NCBI GenBank assembly: GCA_964016885.1
Contig: OZ024750.1
Location: forward strand, 49,538,001 to 49,602,000
Direction of reading: 5' to 3'
Source of the DNA: Eledone cirrhosa
Lineage: Eukaryota
DNA: 64,000 nucleotides
Below are positions 11,877 to 25,189 of the stretch, piece after piece. How positions within the stretch are numbered: the first letter of the stretch is position 1; the number at the start of each line of letters is the position of its first letter. Below the pieces are notes generated by a model, which ran no database searches, was not told the DNA's origin, and worked only from the letters and a program-made list of their open reading frames with translations. The position numbers and the translations under genes are program-made.

Positions 11877-12474
11877 TAACAATAATGATACTATTTATAG
11901 TTATGTATACACTATATAAAACTATAAACAGGAAAGGTCAGTAATGTATTACTACCTTATTACCAGTAAGAAAAATAGGTGAATGTAAATAATTCAGATG
12001 TTTTACAGAGCAGGAATATAAATTACACAATTATCAAAGTTATGTTCAAATTATTTTATTTATATATCAAAAATAGAAGTAATGTATCAAAAGATTCAGA
12101 GAAGCTGTTCTGGTATCAGGAAAACATAATCATGTTATGAATGATTAGATCAAAGTAAAGAATTAAATATGTCTGTGATATAAAATAAAACTTATATTTA
12201 CACAGACAAGCACACACACATATAAATGCACACACCTATTCACACAAAAACTCATATATATATATATATATATATATATTTAGTAATCATAAATGTAAAG
12301 ACTAAAATCCGAAGAGGGTACAATAAGGGTGAAAGCCACGATTCTTTGCTTAAATCTTAATCTGTTCTTATGATATATATATATATATATATATAAAGAA
12401 GGAGTTGTGGTAAGGAACCAGATGGACCATAATGCACCAGAGTAACCAATACTTAGGGTAGTATAGTGGCTAAT

Positions 12475-13768
12475 AGGAACATGTAAGACCCTGACGGCAA
12501 GCTCAAGCCGTTTCGACGGCTATTTCTAGACTAAATTAGAAATTTTAGCGTGGTAAATAAATAGCCAAACTTTTCAAGGGGAAGATTATAGTTGTCAAAA
12601 GGATTGGTCAACATTTCTTGTAATCACAATTAAGTATATCATGGCAGCTGTGGTTGAACTTGCCTGTAGAACAATGAGGGAGTGGGTGGAGCCGGTCAAA
12701 GTGATATCTATACAGCAAATTCTAAGGATTGTGTATGAAAGTAGGCCAGAGAAAGTAGGCGACAAAGGATTCTGGAGAAAATAGAGAAGGGAAGTTATAG
12801 AATAGGTAAATCAATTTAGATTAGGAGATACTAAATAAATAAGAGACAAATATATAAAAATATAAAATTGGATAGTAAGAAGTGATAAAAAACACTGTAG
12901 AATTTAAAACCGCTGCTATATTTAGTTGGTGTTGCCTTTTCGGCAAATGCTATAGAATAGGTTAATACGTTGAGAATAGAAAAATACACATTTTCGAAAT
13001 TATAGAATTGGGTAGTAAAAAGTAATACAAAATCTCTGGTGTCTAAAACAGCTGCTATAATTAGTTTATACTGCGTTTTCGGCCAATGCTATATTTAATT
13101 TACTGGGGTGGGTGTATTGAGGCTACAAAGGCCCGATGGCTGCCTCCGGGTAGGAGAACGGGGAAAAAGGAAGAGGAAGAAGATAGAGAGTGGAAGGAAG
13201 TGATAGGAAGAGACACAGCGAAGAAGAAAACAGAAAAGAGGTACATCTACATATGTAACCTGGGGATTCCCCTATCTTATTCGGCAAGTGGGATGTTGCA
13301 GTCATTGTACCCACCCGGGTCATTGGGGGGTTTGAGGGTGAGGTAAGTCCTAAGCAATCGGTGTTTGCATGCAGTTACCATTTCGTATTTTTTGTTTAGG
13401 AGTTGCTCCTTGGTAAACAGCATTTGTAATGTTTCCTCCGAGCATAAGTTACACGGATGGCGTCCTCTCGTGTAGGATTTAGCCCTGGACAGTAAGTTGC
13501 AAGTAAGATTGTATGCTATGGCATTATTTGTGTCATTAATGTCATTATGTCATTAATGTTATTAATGTTATTATTATGTTATTAATTTTATTATTTGTGT
13601 TTACAAGAAATTTTGACCAATCCTCTTGACAACTATAATCTTCCCATATAAGGAATTACCCCTTGAAAAGTTTGGCTATTTATTTATCACGCTAACATTT
13701 CTGATATAGTCCAGAAATACCCGTCGAAACGGCTTGAGCGCTGCCGTCGGGGTCATACATTTTCCTAT
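12475..13768. mobile_element. Fold-back PLE remnant with inverted arms (about 12475-12625 and 13605-13768) and an internal PLE C-terminal fragment
   Basis: The arms are reverse complements. 13352-13516 on the minus strand translates to YNLTCNLLSRAKSY..PCNLCSEE..LLNKKYEMVTACKH, the CxLC/LNKRxE/CRH terminus typical of one PLE clade. Confidence 0.7.
13658..13753 (+). ncRNA. Type I hammerhead ribozyme with U3-A8 core variant
   Basis: Stem I ACCCC/GGGGT, core TTGAAAA, long G-C-closed stem II, GAA, stem III ACGGC/GCCGT, GUC cleavage triplet. An inverted copy lies at about 12488-12580. Confidence 0.65.
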
Positions 13769-13789
13769 ATATATATACATATATATATA

Positions 13790-16045
13790 TTAATAAAAGG
13801 AATTCCAACAACTTTGTCTGATTTACTTGTTCTATTTACAAACCTTTAAAACGTATCATGGTATTAGAATGAAATAGTATGTTAGAATATTAAATGTTAA
13901 GTGTTAATTGATCAAGTACGTTCATGCTTTCGCAATCTTCAGGTTCATATTCTGTGGTGACAGTCAAGTTTGCAATTCTCAACTGTCATGAGGAGGGTAA
14001 ATGTTGTGCCTTATATACATTGAAAAGCGGCTCCAGGATGCTAAATGTTGCAAACTGTATTTCGACAAATCGGTGTGTAGTTTCACTGACTTGCTAAAGC
14101 TGATTGCTTTAGGCATCACGGTTGGTTGAGCATGTCTCACGACTTCTATTTGACCCTATCCAAAGCATCAATTGTTTTGCTATATTTAGAAATGATGAAA
14201 ATAGCATTTTCTAGTAATCATCACCATCAACATCACTTTTAATATTATTATTGTTGTAGTGGACATGACATGGTCGTAGTCATAGTCATAGTAGGAGTAA
14301 TACCCCATTATTATTGTTCATTTAGCTTGGGTTTGAATTTATCAATAACATTATTTTCTTTGATTTTTCTCTTGATTTCACCTGGGCTGTGTAATTTGTA
14401 GAATGGAAATATTATAAATATTCTCTGACCACCTGTTGCTAGATGGGTACTCACGGGTATTTGACGGACATGTGGGTCTCTGATTTGCTTTCGGTGCACA
14501 CGTGCACGTTCCGATAGTGCATTTCCAGTTTAACCGACATAAAATTCTTCACAATTCGGGCATTTAATGCAGTAAATTACATTTCTGCTTTCGCAGTTCA
14601 TATTTGCATTTGGGAATATTTTTCAAGTTTTTTGTGTTCATATATTGGCCGGTGTGTATGGATTGACATGTGCCAAATCGACTATCATTGCATTTAGATA
14701 CAGTGAATATTGTTAAGGACAAACTTTTCTTTTGTTAGTAATTGCTTCAAATTGTTCGGCTCTCTTTTACTAAGAGTCAAGGCTCGGTCTGTGATTAAGC
14801 CTTTTAATTCATTACTTTGAGCGATGATCGGTAGGTTTGCTTTGGCAGTGTTGAAGATATGCTGGTGACATGGGTTGTGTGTCATTATAAATGGTGTAAC
14901 CAGTTCTTGGTTTCTTCTTCCTTGGGTTGTCCTAAGTTGTTGTATAGGTATTTTTATAGCCCGCTGTATGCCATTTTCTATAAGTAGAGATGGGTATTTT
15001 TGTTTGAGCAAAAATTCTCTCAGTTCTGTTGAGCGTTTGTTCCTGGTATTCGTATCTTATACAATGGCAAAATTCTTCTGGCTAGGCAGTATGGGATGTT
15101 GCGTTTTGTATGCGGTGGATGGCACGACTTAAAATTCAGATATTGATGGGTGTCTGTGTGTTTATAATATATATCCGTGGTAATGGTGGTGTCGTGTTTG
15201 ATTATTATTATATCTAGGAATGTTAATTTGGTACTATTCATCTATTTTGTGAATTGGAGAGATGGGTGTAGGTTATTGAGGAGGGTATTGAACTCATCGA
15301 GAGTATCTAGAGATTCTGTCCAGATGATGAAACAGTCGTCAAGGTATCTCTTCCAAGATCGTGCAATGTACTTTCTAAAGTGAGTGCTATATTTTCCTCT
15401 ATTTCATGGTAGAGTTGTTGTTCTAAGTATCCCATTAGAGTGTTCGCGTAAACGGGAGCAAAGTTCATTCCTTCTCAGTGCCTCTAATTTGGATGTAATT
15501 ATTTCCATTGAAGAAAAAGTGTTGTTTTCCAGAATAAGTTTGACTGCCTCTAATATAAATGGCGCTGTGAATCTAGTGGAAATCACTTCTCTATGCTTTT
15601 TCCACCCAGTATTTAGCCGCCTTTATTCCTAAATCATGTGTAATGTTGGTGTAAAGGCTTACCGCATCAAAACTAAGTAGAAGTGAATTCGTTTCCGTGG
15701 TTTTGGGAAGATGGAACAGGAAGTCGATATCATCCCGGATGAAACTGGGTATGTGAATACATACTGGTTTCAAAATAATGTCAACAAAATTGCTTAGACG
15801 GTGGGTAAGGCATGTTGGACCAGCTATAATAGGTCTAAGGTTTAAGTCTTTTGGGTGTAGCATTTAATTGTTCTTTTACTGCCAGTTGGATTTCTCTTGA
15901 TTTATGGACTTTAGGTAGGCCAACATGTTGCTGGGTTTTGCCTCAACATTGGTGATGTAGTCTCTTTCCTTATCACTAAGTGAGTTGTTGTATTTTGAAG
16001 CCATGTTGTTGATCTTCTTCAGGATGTTGTGGTCTATATTTGACG
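13790..16045 (-). mobile_element. Decayed Penelope-like element (Neptune/Poseidon-like RT + GIY-YIG), frameshifted and 5'-truncated
   Basis: Minus-strand pieces read LRPIIAGP, IRDDIDFL, SFDAVSLYTNI, KLILENNTF, RYLDD and LTFLDI..TDIYYKHTDTHQYL.F.SCHP.HTKRNIPY.LARRI. Confidence 0.88.
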
Positions 16046-16047
16046 GT

Positions 16048-16806
16048 AACTGGAAATGCACTATCAGAACGAGCACGGGTGCACTGACAGAAAATCAGAG
16101 ACCCACATGTCCGTCAGATACCCCTGAGTAACCATCTAGCAACATGTCGTCAGAGAATATTTATACTATTTCCATTCTACAAATTACACAGCCCAAGTGA
16201 AATCAAGAGAAAATTCAAAGAAAAGAATTTTAATGATAAATTCCAACCCAAGCTAAATGAACAATGATAATGGGGTATTACTCCTACTATGACTATGACT
16301 ACGACCATGTCATGTCCACTACCACCACTAACAACAACACCAACAATAATAATAATAAAAGTGATGTTGATGGTGTTGATTAATAAAAAATGATATTTTC
16401 ATCATTTCAAAAAATAGCAAAACAATTGATGCTTTGGAAAGGGTCAAATAGTAGTCGTTAGACATGCTCAACCAAACGTGACGCCTAAACCAATCAGCTT
16501 TATTAATCCAGTGAAACTACATACCGATTGGTCGAAATACAGTTTGCAACATTTAGCATTCTGTAGTCGATTGTTACTGTATACAAGGCACAACATTTCC
16601 CCATCTCTTTACAATTGAAAATTGCAAACTTGACTCTCACCACAGAATATGACAATGAAGATTGCGAAACCATAAACGTACTTGTTCAAATATCACTTAA
16701 CATTTAATATTCTACCATACTATTTCATTCTAATATCATAGTAGATTATAAAGGATTGTAAATAAAACGTGTAAATCAGACAAGTTGAAATTCATTTTAT
16801 TAATAT
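16048..16806 (+). repeat. Inverted copy of the 3' end/pLTR of the 13790-16045 PLE
   Basis: Diverged reverse complement of 13790-14530. It carries a decayed HHR-like motif (TGAAGA-tTGC gaaa ...) near 16655-16690, with its counterpart at 13911-13945. Confidence 0.88.
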
Positions 16807-16834
16807 AATCTGCTATACACAATGATACACATCC

Positions 16835-16904
<70 letters not shown>

Positions 16905-16916
16905 TTAATATAGAAG

Positions 16917-16967
16917 AGATTCTACAGGACTAGAACTGTTTCATTCATTAGAAATCATCAGGAATCT
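16917..16967 (-). ncRNA. Type I hammerhead ribozyme (inverted identical copy)
   Basis: Exact reverse complement of 17575-17625. Confidence 0.8.
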
Positions 16968-17574
16968 GGGTATCAAAAAATAAATATGGTATTTATAGGT
17001 CTCTACAAGTGGTAGGAGAGGGTGGGGAGTGGGATGGGTGCAGGTCATTGGTTGATAGAAAAGGGAATTCATTTTGTGTTTTTGCTTTTTTGTTTTTTTG
17101 TTTTTTTGTGAATGTGTCTGTTGATTTATGGCATATAGTTGATTAGTTTAAGAGAAGTTCGAAGATAATAGTAAGATATGCACTCAGTATTTTGAATCTG
17201 TCTGCAGAATTCTCTAGACCTTTGTCACTTAGTAGAACCTTAATGACTTTAGCTTTTAAAGAATCTCCCTTTTCTTTAACTCTATCGTCCATGACTGACC
17301 CCCCACTGACTTTTTAGACATCTGTTCGCTTAAGAGAAACTTATTGACAAGGAATGGTATGCCATCCGGAACCTGTTTATAGAATTCTGTCTGCCTTTGT
17401 TACTCTAAAAACATAAATAAATATAAATAAAAATAAAAATAAACTATAGCTTTGTAGAATTAGCTTTTAATGAATTCCCTTTTCTATCAACCAATGACCT
17501 GCACCCATCCCACTCCCCACCCTCTCCTACCACTTATAGAGACCTATAAATACCATATTTATTTTTTGATACCC

Positions 17575-17625
17575 AGATTCCTGATGATTTCTAATGAATG
17601 AAACAGTTCTAGTCCTGTAGAATCT
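17575..17625 (+). ncRNA. Type I hammerhead ribozyme
   Basis: Stem I AGATTC/GAATCT, CTGATGA, stem II t-TTC(taat)GAA-t, GAA, stem III ACAG(ttctagtc)CTGT, GUA triplet (A17619). Confidence 0.8.
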
Positions 17626-17707
17626 CTTCTATATTAAAACTGTTATACTCTGCTATGTATTGAGTACCTTACTTACTGTGGTTACCTCCGATTCAACCCG
17701 GAATAAC

Positions 17708-17757
<50 letters not shown>

Positions 17758-18800
17758 ATAGATATAAAAAAAAAGTTAAGGATTAAGTCAGGTTACTAAA
17801 ACATTGGTCTAAAATGGTAGAAGTATCTATTAAACTTTCGTTCTAAATTCCTTATTCTAATATAACAATAATCCATTTTTTTCATTGCATGTAATTATTT
17901 AATTATTTAGGTTGTAATAAAGGTTATCACATAGAAAACATCCCGTATTACTATAACCAGGGATTCTCATACGTATCGTACTAAAGTTCTGTGGATACAC
18001 ATATATAGCTATATATTCTACCCTGTAATTACGTATATTCTAGGCTTTTGATATTTATCCTTAAATTTATATGTAACCTAGTGTTTGTCTGTGTAAATAT
18101 ATCACTGCTGATTTAGACTCTATAGTGTTTTTCTTGGATCTGATCAGTCATTATTTGATTATATCTGATATTGAATATAACATACTTACACTAACAACCC
18201 CTAACACCTTATATATTGGATGGTACTATCTAGATAACAGCCTGTAGGGATAAAGTAACTTGACCCACATGAATAGGAAATAATTAGGTTTAGTTCGATT
18301 TATTAATGATTAATGATAACTTGTATTAATCTGTATATGTAATGCAGTACTATTATTCTCTTTTATGCGTGAAGGCATGTATGAGTGTGAGATAATGAGT
18401 CTGCATTAATATATACCATCATAAAATACCTAATTAATTAATCTCACTCACATATGTTAGTCTGATTTATCTTTCCTTCTCCTATTACCTCCCTTTGTAT
18501 ACACCAGTCAATGAACGACGGACCTTTTCATCGTTTTCTCTCTCATGCTTGAATTACTGCAGTGTTTCCGGATGTGAAGTTTGTTATTTTGCAATTTGTA
18601 CGGCCTATACTTATCCATGCTGTAACATTATTATAGAGAAATTACCTTCCTCTGAACATTCTGAAGGGGTGCAATTGTATGTATGCATATAAAGATTATT
18701 TAATTCTTTCCATAAAAATACTACTGTCACCCTTTCAGATGAAATATCGTATAAGGAATAGAATATGTTGATAAAGGTCTTCTTTTCTCCATCGTAACTA

Positions 18801-18864
<64 letters not shown>

Positions 18865-19414
18865 AGAGAGAAAGAGAGATATATAGATAGATAAATAGAT
18901 AGATAGATAGATAGATACATAGATATATGTGTGTGGTGAGAGAAGAAAATAATTGTGTGCGAAAATGTATGCACAATTGTAAGTGCAATTGTAAATGTGA
19001 TTGCATATGTGTATCGAGCGTATACGCATGGGGAGGGAATGTGAGATAGCTGCTGATTCAGAAGGTCATACAATAGATATTTATACATTCATATATCTCT
19101 TCGTATATATATTATACTGCTAGATGTAGCAAGAATGCCATATGTCACAGGAATTGTTACAATATATTAAAATCAGGATTCAATTTACCTCAATATCGAC
19201 GAATTCTTTCTGTATCTCTATTGATTTGACATGAGTATTTATTAAATATATTGAAGTACTTTATGTTTTACTACATTCATCCAAGGAAAATAACTTAACA
19301 AGATAGTTTGTGACATTCATATATATATGGGAATACCATATAACATATACGTACTCACAGAGCCATATGTATATATATATGTATATACATATGTGTGTGT
19401 GTTTGTGTCTATGT

Positions 19415-19600
19415 ATCCCGGTCTTAATTGGGGTCAGCATAGTATGTAAGGTACTCAATAAATAGCAGAGTGTCAATAGTTAATATAGAAATGGCTTCTA
19501 CATGGCTAGAATTATTTCATTTGAAGGAAATCATCATGTTTCCTGATGATTCCCTTCGAATGCAACAGTTCCAGTCATGTAGAAGCCATTTCAATATTTA
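19415..19600. mobile_element. Older member of the 16901 fold-back family, reduced to a short hairpin of two decayed HHRs
   Basis: 19490-19536 and 19545-19592 are inverted. The right arm reads CCTGATGATTCCCTTCGAATGCAACAGTTCCAGTCATGTAGAAG, and the tail matches 17640-17700. Confidence 0.65.
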
Positions 19601-19805
19601 AAAACATAACATATATATCTGTATATATATCTGTATATATATCTGTATATATATATGAATATTAGAAAGTGAGGTTTTTTATACAAAATGAAAAATAACC
19701 GAGGTGTCCTACACGAATGAAAGTATAAAGAAAAAAATATGAAATCGAAAATGCAACTGGATTCTTATTTTTAAATTTTAAAACAATATGTATATTTATT
19801 TGGTT

Positions 19806-19846
19806 CCTTTACCGGTTTCGCAGTTCTTCTGCTTTTCCAAAGTAGT
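19806..19846 (-). ncRNA. Decayed minimal hammerhead motif
   Basis: Minus strand: ctt-TGGAAAA-GCAG(aagaa)CTGC-GAA-ACCGGT-A-aag. The flanks resemble the 23885/30364 family. Confidence 0.45.
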
Positions 19847-19967
19847 TTTGAGATGGAGGGTATGTGGTTTTTCTCACATCTGGTTGGTCTTTGAATGTTA
19901 CTTGTTTTATATGGAAAAAAGGGGCTCGAAACGCCAGGTATATATATATTTATATATATATATATGA

Positions 19968-20024
<57 letters not shown>

Positions 20025-20169
20025 GAGAGAGATGGGGAGAGAGAGGGACGAAGCGAGAGGTGGAAAAATAGGTAGATAGATCATTCGATATGCACTTTAG
20101 TCCGGCGTCAAATTTTCATTACCTGTATTTAGGTTTGTCGATTAATCTTACACACACAAACACACATTC

Positions 20170-20218
<49 letters not shown>

Positions 20219-20509
20219 AGGTGAGTAATATTGTAGAGCAATAAAACTATGCATATATCATATAAGTAACACTCAACAGTTGGTATTTTCCTATCTACTT
20301 CTTACTATAGTATTAACACATAGATTTCTGTCATATGTAGACTTAGCACTTTTCCTATAAACAAGTGCTATTCTGCTTCATATCATTGTACGTTATTTTT
20401 ATTCTAAAGAGAATACAATATCTGTCCCACGATGATTTTGTATTCGAAATACGTATAATAAAATATATGGAACTCTTATAACCATCTTTTATTTCAACTT
20501 TATTATATA

Positions 20510-21593
20510 CTAGCATTAAAGCCCGGCGTTGCTCGGGGTCATTAAGTTACCAAAGTTAGGTTGCACCACCCATTTTATGGCAGCACTTTTTTGTCTGCCA
20601 GGCACTGGGTGAATGAATTGCAGACCTGGAAGCAGGAGCTGCGCCAGCAGTGACAATTGTAGTTTCGCCTATGGATATTATCTCTGTGCAAAAAAGTTTT
20701 GAAATGTATTGTTTCACAGTACTTGCGCAACACGCGCGTAGACTATGCCAGCCGAACAACAGAGCTGCGATGGAGTTGTTCTGCATGGTTGTCTGTGTGT
20801 TTTCTAAATTTAAGACAGTAGGGAGGGTTGTGGTATGAGGGAGACTTAGCTGTTGTTTCTAGCAGGTCTAGTGACCTCATAGAGGATATGTGTTTTCTAA
20901 ATTTAAGACAATAGGGAGTGGTGTGATATGGGGTAGAGTTAGCTGCTGTTTCTAGCAGATTTAATGACCCCATAGAAGATATTTTTTCTAAATTTAAGAC
21001 ATTAGGGAGGGGTGTGATATGGGGGAGAGTTAGCTGCTGTTTCTAGCAGGTTTAGTGACCTCATAGAGGATATTGTTTATCATTATCTATAAAAGACAGA
21101 TTGTTGTTGCTGTTGTTGAAGTGAGTGTGTATTTGTATGCGTTTGGAAAAGAGGTTTTAAAAAAGATTTATCGCTTGTTGTTGAATAAAAGTATCTGTTG
21201 CTTTTGAATAATTGTCGTTTCGTATGAAATGTAATAATTTGAAGTATAAAAGAGAAAGTAGCAAAATGTGTGGGTTGTAGATAGAGGTCGGCAGATGATA
21301 TGAGAGAGTAAAACGGACAGTCACAACATCAAGCTTGGAAAGAGAAAGTAGCAGAAAGTAGGAAATTGTATAGATTTTGAATGGTAGTGGAAAGAGTTTA
21401 GCAGTTTAAATGACAGATAAAAATCGTAAAATATTGAGTTTTATCTATTTTTTGCGTAATTGTGGGTGAAATGGAAAAAAATGAGATGTGCTAAGACGCA
21501 TTCTAAACTATTTCGAATACTGAATTGAAATTCTATATCGTAGATTTCTATAAGAAAGGAGCATGACCACACACTGAGCTTTATAGATTATGA
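20510..21593 (-). mobile_element. Non-autonomous Helitron-like element
   Basis: The minus-strand 3' end is a CCCGAGCAACGCCGGG hairpin plus 8 nt plus CTAG|T. A plausible A|TC 5' end lies at about 21587-21593. Confidence 0.7.
20797..21073 (+). repeat. Three tandem copies of a ~92-bp unit inside the Helitron-like element
   Basis: TTTCTAAATTTAAGACA..GGGAG..TTAGCTG..TTTCTAGCAG..GACC recurs at about 20801, 20894 and 20985. Confidence 0.9.
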
Positions 21594-21605
21594 TATATAT
21601 ATATA

Positions 21606-21785
<180 letters not shown>

Positions 21786-21786
21786 C

Positions 21787-22060
21787 ATGTTTCTTTATTA
21801 GCCACAGCGGCACAAAAGAAGGGGACAAATAGAAAGGGGGAAGTTTACATACAATAAAAACGTGTAAAATATCACAAATGCAATTTAAAAAATTAGTCGA
21901 TTTTCCCCAATAGAGGGAGACAGTTCATATGGGTAACACATACCCCCGAAAAAAATGTGCAACCCTCATCTCCAGGAGTACGAAGAGTTTGTACTCCCTT
22001 CCTCTCTTCCTCCTTTTTCTCAACCTACAGGCATTCTCGCCACTTTCACCCACCTTTCAT
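21787..22060 (-). mobile_element. 3' end fragment of an L1/Tx1-type LINE abutting a (GATA)n tract
   Basis: Minus strand ends GTGGCTAATAAAGAAACAT, like the 3' end at 53352. 22032-22060 resembles 53652-53680. Confidence 0.6.
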
Positions 22061-22115
22061 AAGATAGATAGATAAAATAAATCAAAGAACGCCTAATACT
22101 TATACAACTTTTATT

Positions 22116-22162
22116 CGCTAACAATGTTTCATCCATGCCGTGGGGAAGGATTCCGCAGAGCG
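22116..22162 (-). ncRNA. Minimal hammerhead with one core substitution (A6C)
   Basis: Minus strand: CGCT-CTGCGGA-ATCC(13 nt)GGAT-GAA-ACATTGT-T-AGCG. Confidence 0.55.
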
Positions 22163-22330
22163 TAATAAATAAAAATATAGTGCTGAATATAAAATCTGCC
22201 GAGCTTAGTCACCAGAACAGTAGAGAAACAGTACAGGATAGCATGAGGGAGATTGGGTATGAGAAGGATGGAGAGAATGCGTACTGGGTTTATGAGTCAA
22301 CATTATAACAACACATGATAATACAATAAT

Positions 22331-22515
22331 TGTTTCTACTTTAGGCATAAGGCCAGCAACTACCCAGTGCATTACTGGTACTTTATTTTATCGACCCCGT
22401 AAGGATGAAAGGCAAAGTCAACCTCGGCGGGATTTGAACTCAGTTCGGAAAGGGACGTAACTATGCTGGAAAGCATGGCGCCCAACCCTCTACCGACACC
22501 GCCAATCCACCGCCC
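22331..22515 (-). mobile_element. tRNA-SINE family B
   Basis: Full-length match to 38730-38916. Confidence 0.82.
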
Positions 22516-23803
22516 ACATGATAATACAATAATACAGGCAGATTTTCCGACGAGAGATTGAGGCCTGTGAAGGCACACAGAAGCAATCATAAGCACTTAA
22601 AGATAATTGAAAAAAAAAAAAATAATAATAATAATTTTAAGAAAAATAATTTTAAAAATAATTCAAAAATAATAATTAAAAATAATTAAAAATAATTAGA
22701 AGTAATTAAAAATAATTAAAAAGATATTTTTAAAATTTAAAAGAAATTATAATTTTTTTTTTTATTTTCTGAAAATTAAAAATATATAAGTAAAAATAAT
22801 TAAAAATAATTAAAAAATATAAAAAAAAGAAAAAGAATACATGTGAAGAATCAACAAAGGAGGGTATGCAATGGTTACTATAGAAGACAGGTGATTTAGT
22901 TTCCCATGCCTTACAGTCATAGAATACTATGAGATCCATAACGTATCTCCAGAAGGTCTAAAGGGGATGTTACCCCCCCCCCCATAGTATGCGCAATCAG
23001 AGTATAGCAGTAGGATCTGGAATTGTGTGGACAAGAGGTGTTAAACTTGCACATGGAGACGCACCACACCGATTTGAGCCAAACAACAGACAAAACGTGG
23101 TTAATACATAAACAAGCTGAGGCAATCAAAACAAGCTGAAGCATTTAAAACAAGCTGAAGCAATGAAAACACACCAAACATGATTTAGTCACTGTTTAAG
23201 GCATATTTGGTGAGAAGTCATAACATATGTGGATCAACCGTAGATGGTAATCCGGTCGGCGAGAGGTCGTAACAAATGATAATCGTCCGTAGATGGTAAT
23301 CCAACCGTATTGATATGTTCACCAATACATACAAGCACATATGGTACTATGTGTTACAAGCTGATTTTACACATCCAAATCCTCATACGCTCGAAACTCC
23401 AGATTGAGCTGTGTTACATGTCCAAGTTATAACTCCAAATCCTCCTATGCTTATATGTAACACACTCCGCATTCCAATCGCAACCGCGTCTAAATATTGC
23501 TTGATTACATGCAGCAGTAATTTCTCGTTGACCCCCACTCCCACAGAACGTGGATCAACAAGCAACACAGAAAATCACATAAAAGTGCTCAAATCAGATC
23601 CCTAATTACACCAGGCACAAAAGCATGTCTATCAATTAAGGTCGTACTCATACAGGTATATACTAGTGATACATGACAACTCCCGTACTCCGCAACAATT
23701 CAATAACCCGGATCCGCAAAAAATAAACACACACACACACACGCACGCACGCACACACGCACACACACACACGCACACACACACACACACATACACACAC
23801 ACA

Positions 23804-23891
<88 letters not shown>

Positions 23892-24429
23892 TAAACGGAA
23901 TAGAACATGCTGACAAATTGTTCACAGTTGAAAAATGGTTTAATTAGGAATAAAAGAGTATTAGTGATTGTATGGTTGTGGTTTTAAGTTTTTAAGTTTT
24001 ACCGGTTGCGCATTTCTAAATGCTTTTCAAAAATAATTTTGAGATAGAGTGTCCGTGCTGTTTGCTCTGATCTGATTAGTTTTGGTAATTCTACCTGTTT
24101 TTATGTTAAAAACAGGTAGAATTTTTTTTACATAAAAACAGTCTTGGCGCAAAATCAATTTTTTACATTCACATGACCTCTACCGACCAATCAAAATTGT
24201 TTTGACCACAATAATTTTTGCAACACCAAAGTAACGCTGGAGCCACTTTTTTAACATAAAAACAGGTAGAATTCCCAAAACTAATCAGATCAGAGCAAAC
24301 AGCACGGACACTCTATCTCAAAATTATTTTTGAAAAGCATTTAGAAATGCGCAACCGGTAAAAGCTTAAAAATGTTAAACCACAACAGAATACTAACCCA
24401 TACAATTACTAATACTCTTTTATTCCTAA

Positions 24430-25189
<760 letters not shown>

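Larger units (their letters stand above)
16901..17710. mobile_element. ~810-bp non-coding fold-back element with a hammerhead in each arm, in a (TA)n tract
   Basis: 16901-17073 is the reverse complement of 17469-17641 (one mismatch seen), with a unique tail to about 17710. Relatives lie at 19415-19600 and 48250-48395. Confidence 0.85.

Noticed and set aside
12291-12365. HHR candidate in the short repeat family also at 3972 and 31541
   Set aside because: The repeat is real but the putative core varies between copies and stem II does not pair.
20797-21073. CRISPR-like array
   Set aside because: The whole unit is repeated with no unique spacers, the context is eukaryotic and there are no cas genes.
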